Sequence record: AP017903.1 | Origin: Azobacteroides phage ProJPt-Bp1 | DNA: 40,000 nt | Reading direction: 5' to 3' (one strand) | Part shown: one piece after another, positions 27,201 to 36,315 of the stretch | Numbering within the stretch: position 1 is the first letter of the stretch | Layout: every line of letters starts with the position of its first letter | Notes under the pieces: model-generated | Seen by the model: the letters and a program-made list of their open reading frames with translations, nothing else | The model's database searches: none | Told to the model about the DNA's origin: nothing | Made by a program: the position numbers and the translations under genes

Positions 27201-27320
27201 AACCTATCAGTGCTAGACTACTTTGAGAACATCAAGATGCATAGAGAGAAGATTTTAACAGCTATAAACACGTTAACACAACTGTTCGTACGTATTAAAC
27301 AAGAGACATTAGGAGAATGA
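24273..27320 (+). CDS. Large probable virion/tail-associated protein, paralogue A (1015 aa)
   Basis: N-terminal WGQRKAMIECLIDML...FETIDENVSERL and C-terminal DYDDGIVLMAPYDLKNLRRPIYY shared with the next ORF. Confidence 0.6.
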   Translation: MALTTDTWGQRKAMIECLIDMLENDVYIAAAIKEDFETIDENVSERLLEYVNVITRYSDLFQSYWDILYNENEYSFAYQSAHAPAVTTPSPSEMDDEETQFSEVDEDTEWDEDLPEPDDGDDDEDMWELRQFVKGVSINHHDRRLGGIFDGLKNAVKGVFKDAKKTISSGNFIGNAINTVAQMVPEGTKDFKGIVNSIKDGCVKEGKSLLMQGAGKGLEIVKEKVLAPIEEKMKSNPITSKIWDVGNALFDASGIGTTIKKKLGLEEPTPVHYARVDADKAIIGDTKYEGWTTVQGAYMDTNAINTSAWYDYNKNLGLPTEHLEHLKYLPLGGSLRSETEIGISIKTYVDLSPNNDAGPDIIALTFEASSDEYKDLYLNSTEMTRLSIASIGRQFARKAIDLRGYRVPVLCKYVVSQDDEEGTVWSDWGFWSDLTFGMDHNGYVSTTPNNWVPCVYLRNPYWLDKANAGMHPSGTMIKGGGPVRIMLGRTYVLEVGTGTIYKQDAAPGNANDVKYFDWTLRVKGEYRRTNTAEYNTFYILDFSSMKEQSPTNDNPDRTTLITPGNICINKNDSNETIFKSCYCMATADNTGEADILGPFDGPDNYVKYQSSVTFYGTDASEYFVRNTGCLFYWMEHGVPAVIPDLNFADEDNIDTNSFCFVGGKIVEQRLSTSTTSQYPPNSNRKMSFCVLDATTEVFRIQNRGCVEAFFIKTYAEYINYNIKFKQGNDEECWEEQGDSPIVALGEMPKEFLPADDIVVPITTKSWILISYTGEVTFTTYETEGPGFPAALGTGMTYCVTYPTFRPRTAGASATLPTSRGMALPAVTSKYKRIPSLKHRLKRLAVDYLVYDWTGIMLTDFTVDYDDGIVLMAPYDLKNLRRPIYYLGDRVDTREKMADLIDNVKTVMIKIGDGTIMKPYSIKEVKQENLTGTIYSGYYIFYGRVVDFMWAWDNLQWVYMNAVEMTNDLLDITEGWDNLSVLDYFENIKMHREKILTAINTLTQLFVRIKQETLGE

Positions 27321-30310
27321 GTGTAATACAAGATGTATGGGAACAACGGAAGACTATCGTTGACAGCCTCGTAGGAGGACTGAACGACCTAGCAGACGTT
27401 GCAGAAACCATAAAAACCAACTTTGAAACTATCGATGATGGTGTAGGTGATAGGATCACCGGATATGCACGGTCATTACAACGGTACTACGACAACATCA
27501 TGTCGTTCTGGAACACGTTATGGAACGAGAACGAGGTTGTTAATGCGTGTAAGATGATACTTACTCCTGTTGTTGAGTGCCTACCATCAGATATCAAGTT
27601 CGATGAGAACGGCTATCCAATGGTACTGGACGCAGCAAAGGAGCTTGCTATAAACCTAGGAGATAGGTTTATAAAGAAGATCCCTGAGCTATTCCCTGAC
27701 CTAGCAACACCAGACCCAGACAGGGGAGACAAACCACTATCAAGTAAGTCATGGGTAGGAGACCTAGTACATAAGCTAGACGACTATATCCCGCCATCGA
27801 TCAATAACATGATCCCACAGGCATGGAAAGACACGTTCGCATGTGTAGCAGAGGGTGCAGTGAACAAGGGGCTAGACAAAGGACAGGAGCTATTAAACAA
27901 AGGATTTGATATAGTAGGCAATAAGCTAGAGACATTGATAAGTGGTAAGTTCGGTGTGGACATATCTCCATTCGTTGAGCTAGGAAAGAACAAGCTCAAT
28001 GAGGTGTTTGGTATAGGCAGAACGAAGGTTATCGGCTACGACAAGAGCTCAGGAATGAAGTCTAAGGTTGGCGGACCGGATATAGATACCCTAGCACCAA
28101 TAGACTACTCATTAGCTAATTGGCAGACAGTCAAGTGCTGGACACAGTTTATCTATCCTAACACGCAGACCGACGAGGACAGAGAGAGAGTTAATACAAT
28201 AACGTTCAGCACTTACATATACAGAAACATTGGCTATTGTTGCATTACCGTAGGAGACGGTTCATTCAACTCTATCACACCATTCTGGTTTAATAACAGC
28301 ATGGCTTATAGGGTTCTAGTGGACGACCTTGGAGGTGTCTTTGGTGATGTAGCTATAGACTTTCGTGATTATTCCTTCCCAGTCCTATGCGATATAGGCA
28401 GTGGCTACTGCTTCGCTACAAGGATGTACGTTACCCTAGCAGACGAGACACGTTATCAGCTAGTACTAGAGAACCCATTCCCAAACAATGGTGAGGGTAT
28501 GCTTCTATTAGCTAACCATGTATCTTACAGCTTTGGTGTACCTATTGGAGGATTCGTTGATGGTGAAGGCCGATCATCTAATCCAGCTACCATGAACTGG
28601 TTCTCATATGTCAAAGGAGAGACAGAACGTATAGCACATACGAGTGTGTATACACTGATTAAAGTACGTACAGCAAACACAACAACGAACTTTGGTAGAC
28701 CTGGGAATAAATTAAAGAACTTAGTAGTATATGGGGGGGATGCCCTTCCGGACGCATCTCTAGAAGGCTACTCAACATTAGCATTCTTCAGCCCTAGGAA
28801 CATTGACTTAGGCACCTACGGACCTCCAGGAGTTATACTTACTATCACAGGGAACAACAAGATGTCTTTCCTTCTACAGGACGATTATCCATTTGAGACC
28901 ACAGAGGAAGGCGAACGTATGGCACCAAATGTGTCTCTCACATCAGACTTCTACACACCGATGTTTATCTTATCATCAGGTGAGCAGGTATACTTCAGAG
29001 AGAGCTTTGAATGCTTTGAGTTCATGCGTGTCATCAAGACCGATGGGTTCATACAGTACGAGTTCTGCTTCAATCCTAAGATGCCAGTACCTCCAGCAGG
29101 TAAGCTTCGTGTGTTACCAGCAGGTGAGATACCGATGTGTTATTGTCCATCAAAGCATCTGATCATTCCTGTCATGGGAAGTACGTATTTGACTATACAG
29201 ACTGACGGATGTGTGACCTTACACATGGCTGAGGCTGAAGGGACATTCTTTGCTTACGGACAACCAGGACTGATCTTCTCAACGATGTTCCCATCCTTTA
29301 GTGTTATCACGCTAACAGAGAAGCATAACCCAGGAATAGACGAGCTTAGATCTATCGTACCAGGGAAAGAGAAACTATTTAAGATATTAGAGGACACAGG
29401 TAATCTGATATATGAATGGCAAGGTACATCCATAGGAGACTTCCAGATCGACTATAAGGATGGTGTAGCTGTAGCATGTATCTATGACCTAACAAACCTC
29501 AGACGTCCATTGCATGGGCCATTGTCAGCTGGTGAAGGTCCAGAGATCAACACCAGGGAACAGATCGAAGAGATGATAACTAATCTGAATAATATACGCA
29601 TCAAGCTAGCTGATGGGTCTATAGTAAGGCCAATAGCTATCATTGAGAACAAGACAGAGAGCTATACGGGAAATATACTAACAGGGTGTTTCAACTTCTA
29701 CTGTGTTGTATGCGACTTCGTATGGTCATGGTCAATCATCAAATGGATAACAGACAATGCTAAACGTATAAGAGACAATGTCAAAGCGCTTATCAGCGAG
29801 TGGAAAGGCAAGAGCTTTATCGATTACTTCCACGCTATCAAGAACCACCTAGACGATATCATTGGTATAGTCAAGGTTATCATGGGGCTTGTTGAGCGTA
29901 TGAGGAATGAGATCCAAGCAGGCACACTAGTAAGCACCGCTACAGACTATGTTAAGTCACAAGCATCAGCGTTCTATAACACCTACGGACTCAGTGCTAT
30001 AGGTCAAGGAACAGCGTATGTAAGAGAGAAGTTTAATGAGTACGCAGCTCAAGGTACCGAATATGCATTAAATAAGGGTACTGAGTTGTTAAAAGAACAA
30101 ATAGCTGTATATTCAAGTAAGATATCTGGTAAACAAATACCTATATTAAGCAATGCTGTAGATGCTATCAATGAGATGGGATATGCAGATGCTATGGTAG
30201 ATATGGCCAGAGGTAAATTAGACGAGCTATCACAGACTGGTATAAACAAAGCTAATCAGATAGCTGACAAAGGGATAGGTAAATTGTTAGACATAATAGT
30301 ACCAAGTTAA
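27317..30310 (+). CDS. Large probable virion/tail-associated protein, paralogue B (997 aa)
   Basis: N-terminal WEQRKTIVDSLVGGL...FETIDDGVGDRI and C-terminal DYKDGVAVACIYDLTNLRRPLHG match ORF 24273; ATGA overlap between the two. Confidence 0.6.
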   Translation: MSVIQDVWEQRKTIVDSLVGGLNDLADVAETIKTNFETIDDGVGDRITGYARSLQRYYDNIMSFWNTLWNENEVVNACKMILTPVVECLPSDIKFDENGYPMVLDAAKELAINLGDRFIKKIPELFPDLATPDPDRGDKPLSSKSWVGDLVHKLDDYIPPSINNMIPQAWKDTFACVAEGAVNKGLDKGQELLNKGFDIVGNKLETLISGKFGVDISPFVELGKNKLNEVFGIGRTKVIGYDKSSGMKSKVGGPDIDTLAPIDYSLANWQTVKCWTQFIYPNTQTDEDRERVNTITFSTYIYRNIGYCCITVGDGSFNSITPFWFNNSMAYRVLVDDLGGVFGDVAIDFRDYSFPVLCDIGSGYCFATRMYVTLADETRYQLVLENPFPNNGEGMLLLANHVSYSFGVPIGGFVDGEGRSSNPATMNWFSYVKGETERIAHTSVYTLIKVRTANTTTNFGRPGNKLKNLVVYGGDALPDASLEGYSTLAFFSPRNIDLGTYGPPGVILTITGNNKMSFLLQDDYPFETTEEGERMAPNVSLTSDFYTPMFILSSGEQVYFRESFECFEFMRVIKTDGFIQYEFCFNPKMPVPPAGKLRVLPAGEIPMCYCPSKHLIIPVMGSTYLTIQTDGCVTLHMAEAEGTFFAYGQPGLIFSTMFPSFSVITLTEKHNPGIDELRSIVPGKEKLFKILEDTGNLIYEWQGTSIGDFQIDYKDGVAVACIYDLTNLRRPLHGPLSAGEGPEINTREQIEEMITNLNNIRIKLADGSIVRPIAIIENKTESYTGNILTGCFNFYCVVCDFVWSWSIIKWITDNAKRIRDNVKALISEWKGKSFIDYFHAIKNHLDDIIGIVKVIMGLVERMRNEIQAGTLVSTATDYVKSQASAFYNTYGLSAIGQGTAYVREKFNEYAAQGTEYALNKGTELLKEQIAVYSSKISGKQIPILSNAVDAINEMGYADAMVDMARGKLDELSQTGINKANQIADKGIGKLLDIIVPS

Positions 30311-30311
30311 T

Positions 30312-30605
30312 ATGCATGTAAATTATTCATTAGCCGTTAAAGGCTACGCAGAGGTGCTAGCAACTAAGATAAACTTGGATTGTGTAGTATCTAATGATCC
30401 TAATCAATTGAAAGGGAATCATGAACATTTAGCAATAGTAAAGAACTGGTTCAGTTCAATGGAGCCAGTTAAGTATGACGTTGATATTAAAGGCTTTATA
30501 TACGTAGCAGGAATAAAGCTTGACGTAAATGAACATTTTAGCAATGAAGACAAACAATCCAGCGGAGACAAAAAGTCATCAGCAGGACGACCAAAAAAAT
30601 CTTAA
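30312..30605 (+). CDS. Small protein immediately upstream of terminase (small terminase by position only)
   Basis: 97 aa with a charged/polar tail ending SAGRPKKS; no clear HTH seen. Confidence 0.45.
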   Translation: MHVNYSLAVKGYAEVLATKINLDCVVSNDPNQLKGNHEHLAIVKNWFSSMEPVKYDVDIKGFIYVAGIKLDVNEHFSNEDKQSSGDKKSSAGRPKKS

Positions 30606-30608
30606 CGA

Positions 30609-32669
30609 ATGCAAGGACTCGACTTCCATAAGCAGTACGCGAAAACTGACAAGTTCAGAGAAGCGGCAATACACTTTCAGAAACAAGGTGTATACACTAA
30701 CGCCAAGCCTAACAGCAGGGAATGGAAGAAGTTCTGGGTCATGCAGCAAGAGAGGTGCATTAGCGGATTTAAGACGAGCGATGGTGACTACATCACGGGC
30801 TTCAACTACTTCTACCTCAACTTCTGCCCCATCTACAGAGTCCAAATAGTTAAGGAGAAAGGTGGAAAGAAGTTCACGCATAAGCGTGTGACGGACTTCC
30901 CTTCATTCTATTCATACGACGCTATATACTTCAACTATATCGAAGCCTGCCAGGAAGCTGGTAAGCACGCGGTAATACTCAAAGCTCGACGCAAAGGGTA
31001 TTCGTTGAAGAATGCATCTATGCTATGCAGGAACTACTACTTTGTTCCGGAGTCTAAAGGCTATGTCTTTGCTACGGATAAGAAGTTCTTGACTGGTGAC
31101 GGTGTGCTTAATAAGGCATGGAATTTCATGTCGTTCATTGACACACATACACCATTTGCTAAGAAGCGACAGGTAAAGAACACCGATATGCATCGTAGAG
31201 CGTCATTCCTTATCAAGGATGCTTATGGTAACAGTATTGAGGATGGGTATAAGTCTGAGATTATGGGATTCTCACTTAAGAGCAATCCGGATAAGCTTAG
31301 AGGTATAGTAGCATCACTAATCTTCTTCGAGGAAGGTGGATCATTTGCCGAACTGGAAGATGCATTCAATATAGCACGTCCGTCAGTAGAGCAGGATAGC
31401 TTCGTTACGGGGCTCATATGTGTGTACGGTACGGCGTCAATGAACAATGAGAGTATGCAGTCTATCAGTAGGATGTTCCAGAACCCTGACTCATATAACC
31501 TGCTAGCTGTCCCGAACATATGGGACGAGGGGGCAAGCAAGATGAGCGTGGGATTCTTTCATCCGTACTACGAGAACCTTGACGGTATAGATAAAGAGAC
31601 TGGCGACAGGCTATACATGGACAAGGACGGTAACACGCTGAGAGACAAGGCTATAGCGTACATCATGGATGAGCGCGAGAAGGTTGTTGAACGTGCAGTG
31701 TCAGATAGTAATATCGATGCATACGTTATTGAACGACCTATCAGACCATCAGAAGCATTAGCTACCTATGGTAGTTCGATATTTCCAAAGAAGATGTTAC
31801 AGGAACACCTTATGCGGTTACGTACAGATGAGGAGTACCAGGACCTTAGACAGGTCGGACATATGGCTATAGGTAGTGATAAGAAGATTAAGTTCGTTAG
31901 ACATAGAGCAGATGATAGTATAAAGACGTACTTCCTACGTAACTCGGAAGATAAGTCTGGTGCTGTTGTTGTATGGGAACACCCAGAGCCTGAACCACCA
32001 TTTGGTTTGTATATCATTGGTGTGGATAGCTACGACTTTGATGCATCACAGACAAACTCATTAGGTAGCTGCTTGGTATTCAAGCGATTTGCTAACTTTG
32101 AGACATATAACGACATGATCGTTGCTGAGTATACCGGTAGACCACCTATGGCAGAAGATTTCTATGAGACAGTGAGAAGGCTGGCTCTGTATTACAATGC
32201 TAAGGTGATGTATGAAAACAATAACAAGGGTATATACACTTACTTTGTTAATAAGCATTGCGAGTACATGCTTGCTGAACAGCCGGACATCATTGACCGT
32301 ATAGTTGAGCAGTCATTCGTCAAGCGAGGCAAGGGAGTGCATGTGACTAAAGATATTAGAAACGCCATGAATGGATGGATCCGTGAGTACCTACTCGAGG
32401 AGTATTCAGATGGCAAGAGGAACATTAACAGGATTTTCTCTGAACCGCTCATTGAGGAACTAATCAGCTGGAACGATAAGAGCAACTTCGACCGTGTAGC
32501 AGCCTTAGGTTGCGTGATGGTCATGCGACAGCAGATGTGGCTATCAGAAGTCAAGAGCACAGAAGAGACAAGCAAGATTCAACAGCTTCTTGAGGTACCT
32601 ATATTCTCAGAGGCATTTTATAACCAATATCCACAGACGAGTACAGAATGGAGAATTTTCAGAAACTAA
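30609..32669 (+). CDS. terL: Terminase large subunit
   Basis: Atypical Walker A region AVILKARRKGYS, Walker B SLIFFEEGG, coupling-like YGTAS, nuclease-like YIIGVDSYDFDAS; 686 aa. Confidence 0.85.
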   Translation: MQGLDFHKQYAKTDKFREAAIHFQKQGVYTNAKPNSREWKKFWVMQQERCISGFKTSDGDYITGFNYFYLNFCPIYRVQIVKEKGGKKFTHKRVTDFPSFYSYDAIYFNYIEACQEAGKHAVILKARRKGYSLKNASMLCRNYYFVPESKGYVFATDKKFLTGDGVLNKAWNFMSFIDTHTPFAKKRQVKNTDMHRRASFLIKDAYGNSIEDGYKSEIMGFSLKSNPDKLRGIVASLIFFEEGGSFAELEDAFNIARPSVEQDSFVTGLICVYGTASMNNESMQSISRMFQNPDSYNLLAVPNIWDEGASKMSVGFFHPYYENLDGIDKETGDRLYMDKDGNTLRDKAIAYIMDEREKVVERAVSDSNIDAYVIERPIRPSEALATYGSSIFPKKMLQEHLMRLRTDEEYQDLRQVGHMAIGSDKKIKFVRHRADDSIKTYFLRNSEDKSGAVVVWEHPEPEPPFGLYIIGVDSYDFDASQTNSLGSCLVFKRFANFETYNDMIVAEYTGRPPMAEDFYETVRRLALYYNAKVMYENNNKGIYTYFVNKHCEYMLAEQPDIIDRIVEQSFVKRGKGVHVTKDIRNAMNGWIREYLLEEYSDGKRNINRIFSEPLIEELISWNDKSNFDRVAALGCVMVMRQQMWLSEVKSTEETSKIQQLLEVPIFSEAFYNQYPQTSTEWRIFRN

Positions 32670-33322
32670 TCGAAAATAGCAGGCCTACAGCACTTCGTAG
32701 AGGGGTGATCGCAAGAAAGGCACGTGAGATGGCAGCCACAGCATTGGAACCGAAAGGTGATGCAAAGTATGGCAACTACATGATTATTACGCATGGTAAG
32801 CCTCTAGCGGACACGTCTTTAGACAGGACCGTGTTTACTACGCGTGCAGCATGGAGCTTAGAGAAGACAGACGATAGACATTACATTATCAGAGCTCCGT
32901 ACCCAGAGGAAGGACGGTTAGTGAGAGATAAGATGAAACGGTCAAGGAGAAGGAACGTGCTAGACATGGACAGGAGTGATGACATGTTCGTCTTTGTCAA
33001 CAGGAGTGCAGTAGATGATGTAACAGTCAAGGATGCGTATCCTAGGCCAATGAAGGAAGGATATACATTAGAGATATCATTCAATGAGTACGGCACAGAT
33101 AATCACCGGTTCTTTCGGTTCTACAGGGAAGATAAGTGGGTTGCACCAGATGTGACTGATTATCAGAACGAGTATTTCTGGGTTATACAGAACAATGATA
33201 AGCTAGCAGAGAAGGAATTTGTTGTATCTTTGTTAAAAGCAGGAATGAAGAAAGCGTTGAAGGTGGTCAACAATACCGTACTGCTAAGATGTAAATGGAT
33301 TGAACACTTAAGAACGCGATGA
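32648..33322 (+). CDS. Hypothetical protein downstream of TerL
   Basis: 224 aa, 22-nt overlap with terL; early morphogenesis position. Confidence 0.55.
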   Translation: MENFQKLIENSRPTALRRGVIARKAREMAATALEPKGDAKYGNYMIITHGKPLADTSLDRTVFTTRAAWSLEKTDDRHYIIRAPYPEEGRLVRDKMKRSRRRNVLDMDRSDDMFVFVNRSAVDDVTVKDAYPRPMKEGYTLEISFNEYGTDNHRFFRFYREDKWVAPDVTDYQNEYFWVIQNNDKLAEKEFVVSLLKAGMKKALKVVNNTVLLRCKWIEHLRTR

Positions 33323-34041
33323 CACTCAATCAGATAGCTGACGATATAATCCTCACAGCTGGGTACATAAACAAAGAGAAAGCCATGACTATCAATAGGT
33401 TACAACTATTGTCGTGGATACACATGTACCGTAATATCATCATGTTACAGGATCTAAATGACAACAGCGTCATTGATCCGATGTATGAGGAGGTTTTTGA
33501 TTATAAAAGTCAGTTAGAATCTTTTGATAATACTGGATATGTATGGGCATTATATAAATCAGAGAAGGAACTTCCTAAACTGCCTACATTAACAGGTCGT
33601 TTTGCTATATCTGCAGTTAGATATGATAACGACTTAATTGATTTCGGGCCTGAGTTGCAGGCACGATATAATACAAACCTTTTTACTAGTGAGATAGCTA
33701 ATGCATTTTTGCGTAATAGATTCCTGTATGTAAAGAAGTTTGGTCATTTTTATACTTCAGCAACTCCCACTTTTCATGTAACTATGGTAACATTGGCTGA
33801 TGACACTCCTGAGGGTATAGCTGGAATTGTTGCATCTGAATTTGATTTACCATATCCATTACCAGACGAGAAGATTCCTAGACTCAAACAGATGATCTTT
33901 GCTAATGAACTACAATGGCTATTACCTACACAAGGTACAGCACAGTCTGCACAAGCAGCTAAGTTAGAAGATAAAGAAACATCTAATAATCCACTTGACA
34001 TGATGCGTATGGGTGGTCAATTATATGAAGGAATAGACTAA
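33319..34041 (+). CDS. Putative head-tail connector/ring protein
   Basis: N-terminus MTLNQIADDIILTAGY...TINRLQLLSWIHMYRNIIMLQD resembles connector/ring proteins near the capsid genes of crAss-like phages. Recalled family pattern, unverified. Confidence 0.4.
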   Translation: MTLNQIADDIILTAGYINKEKAMTINRLQLLSWIHMYRNIIMLQDLNDNSVIDPMYEEVFDYKSQLESFDNTGYVWALYKSEKELPKLPTLTGRFAISAVRYDNDLIDFGPELQARYNTNLFTSEIANAFLRNRFLYVKKFGHFYTSATPTFHVTMVTLADDTPEGIAGIVASEFDLPYPLPDEKIPRLKQMIFANELQWLLPTQGTAQSAQAAKLEDKETSNNPLDMMRMGGQLYEGID

Positions 34042-34042
34042 C

Positions 34043-35188
34043 ATGAGAACAATTAACAGCATACAAGAATTACAAGAAGCTAAGTTATTAACGCAAGGAC
34101 CTGTATCTACTAATAATTACATGACCGGGTGGCAGATGTATCAATCATTCTGTTTTCGCATGACGAAGTTTGACAATGAGTTTGCTACATTGGAACCGCC
34201 AATAGCACAAGTATGGTTAAACATTGGTATGCAGAGGTTATTGCATGAGATAGAGAAAAGGTTTAAAGCTGATGATACTGATCAGGTAGCAAGAAGGTTA
34301 ATGACTCAATACATAACCGAGATTGATTTTCCGAATGTTTTATTAGAAACTGTACCTGGTGAAGTGTACACGTTTAAAGAAGCCGAGTATATAACAACGA
34401 CAGGAAGTAAGCATAATAGGCTTATAGACGAACCGTTTGAGATTTATGTTTCTTTAGTTCAGAATACAGAAAAGAATATGTTTGAGTATATTCCAGGCGA
34501 TGATGATCCAGAAGAACCTACTGATGAAGATGCTTTAGAAGCTGAAGTAGCGTATCCATTAATTTTTCCTCATACTATCGAGAAAATGTTCCCTGAAGAC
34601 CAAGATAATCATATTTGGGTTGTTATGCCGAAACAGTTTGTTATTGATTCTATAGAACTTGATAATAATGATTTTGTAACTCTTAGAAACACTGTATTTA
34701 GTTCGCATTCACTATTAATGAGCGGTGATAGATCGAAGGTTTATTATCATCGTGATCGCAGTAATTCGCGTGTTACAGTGTATGTTGGAGATAAAATGTT
34801 GTTTAATCGTTCTAAACAAGCAGATTCATTTTTAGATATGTGTTCAACGCCTATGTTATATAAGAATAGTGAATCTGACTATTCTTATTGGAAAGTAAAT
34901 AAGGTTCTTGGTCAAGGATATAAGGTTGAAAGCATATACGAAGACTGTTTTATTAAGGTCGATCCAGAGTGGGATGTGGTTGTACATATACCCGTAGAGT
35001 TACATACAGACGTTGTTGACTATGCTATTGATGCATACTTTGAAAGCATCTTCTTCCAATCATTCGGAAAGTACTCACAGAAACAAGCTCGTCAGGATAT
35101 GGTCGATCCAGCATCTGGTTCGAGTTTATCTTCTTCTCGTCAGGGCAAGTTAGATGCAGTACCTCCACAGAGATACAGATTAAGATGA
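34043..35188 (+). CDS. Structural protein, connector/neck region, unknown
   Basis: 381 aa ORF between terL and the capsid gene; rich in aromatic/charged residues. Confidence 0.45.
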   Translation: MRTINSIQELQEAKLLTQGPVSTNNYMTGWQMYQSFCFRMTKFDNEFATLEPPIAQVWLNIGMQRLLHEIEKRFKADDTDQVARRLMTQYITEIDFPNVLLETVPGEVYTFKEAEYITTTGSKHNRLIDEPFEIYVSLVQNTEKNMFEYIPGDDDPEEPTDEDALEAEVAYPLIFPHTIEKMFPEDQDNHIWVVMPKQFVIDSIELDNNDFVTLRNTVFSSHSLLMSGDRSKVYYHRDRSNSRVTVYVGDKMLFNRSKQADSFLDMCSTPMLYKNSESDYSYWKVNKVLGQGYKVESIYEDCFIKVDPEWDVVVHIPVELHTDVVDYAIDAYFESIFFQSFGKYSQKQARQDMVDPASGSSLSSSRQGKLDAVPPQRYRLR

Positions 35189-35248
35189 CAAGGTATTGGT
35201 ATTTAGGTATTATTTATTTATTATTGCGACACAAAATATTGAAACACA

Positions 35249-36301
35249 GTGATTAGTCCATATATAAACGATCAATTATTCATTGGTACTACATACGCAC
35301 AGGCCGGTCTTCAACCGTATGACTTTCAAAATGTAGCTACTGGTATAAGTATTATTGCTCCCGGAGAAATTTCTATTATCACAGCTGACAATATGCAAAC
35401 GATACGAAATTCTGCTGGAGGCCTTCCTGACAATACAGGCAGGAAATTTTGTTTTGTTATGAACATAGGGAAAACACCTACTACTCCAGAATTTATCATA
35501 TCTCCAGTATTTGGGAATGAATCACCTAATCCTCCTGGTTTAAGAAGAGCATTAAATATTGATTTTACATTAAAGCAAAATGTACCATTGGTAACGTTTG
35601 TGTATTCTGCTCCTTTTATTACCTTACTTGATGATCGTGAGTACCAGTATCTTATTCGTTTTTTAGTTAGAACACCAGAACAAAAGCATCAATATATAGA
35701 TATTCAAGTAATATATAGAGTTCCTACAGGAGGAGATCAAGGACCATTAATAGATAAAATGGTGATCGCTATAAATAATCATCCATATATAGGAGAGAAG
35801 GTTACAGCTGCCAGAGCTGGTAACACATTGACGATCACTGAAAAAAATGATCATATTACTGATTTCGATATCAATGGAAAAGAGAAATTTAAAAGATTTG
35901 ATTGCAGTGTTAGTATCATGCGTAATGATGTTTACAATCCCATTTTTCCTAAAGATGAACGATTTGTTGAACAGACTGTGAATTTAACCAGGACACCAGT
36001 TGAAGGCCTTGGTAATTGGCAGCAAGTAGCTTCAGATGAGATAGCATACTTAGGAAGATCAGGTATTACTAACACAACAGAATTTCCTGTTGTTATACCA
36101 AAACCAAGAACTGAGAAAGGCGAACGATATAGTCTTGTTGAGGTAACTAGCAATGCGAAATACCGTGATGCAGATTGTAAAGTAAAAGAACAGAGAGACA
36201 GAATAAAAGCATATGTAAAAATCCTTGCTGCAGACACAGACCCTTCCGATTCATGGGCTAGGTTAACTCGTCAGTTAGGAACATTAATAAATATAAATTA
36301 G
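35249..36301 (+). CDS. Virion protein, tandem paralogue 1 (GTG start)
   Basis: INNHPYIGEKVTAARAGNTLTITEK and GLGNWQQVASD...GRSGITNTTEFPVVIP are matched in the next ORF. Confidence 0.6.
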   Translation: MISPYINDQLFIGTTYAQAGLQPYDFQNVATGISIIAPGEISIITADNMQTIRNSAGGLPDNTGRKFCFVMNIGKTPTTPEFIISPVFGNESPNPPGLRRALNIDFTLKQNVPLVTFVYSAPFITLLDDREYQYLIRFLVRTPEQKHQYIDIQVIYRVPTGGDQGPLIDKMVIAINNHPYIGEKVTAARAGNTLTITEKNDHITDFDINGKEKFKRFDCSVSIMRNDVYNPIFPKDERFVEQTVNLTRTPVEGLGNWQQVASDEIAYLGRSGITNTTEFPVVIPKPRTEKGERYSLVEVTSNAKYRDADCKVKEQRDRIKAYVKILAADTDPSDSWARLTRQLGTLININ

Positions 36302-36315
36302 AAACAAAATAAACC

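Noticed and set aside
28725-28745. G homopolymer (about seven G) that might cause slippage
   Set aside because: The surrounding ORF continues in frame across it and the alternative frames give no long extension I can support.
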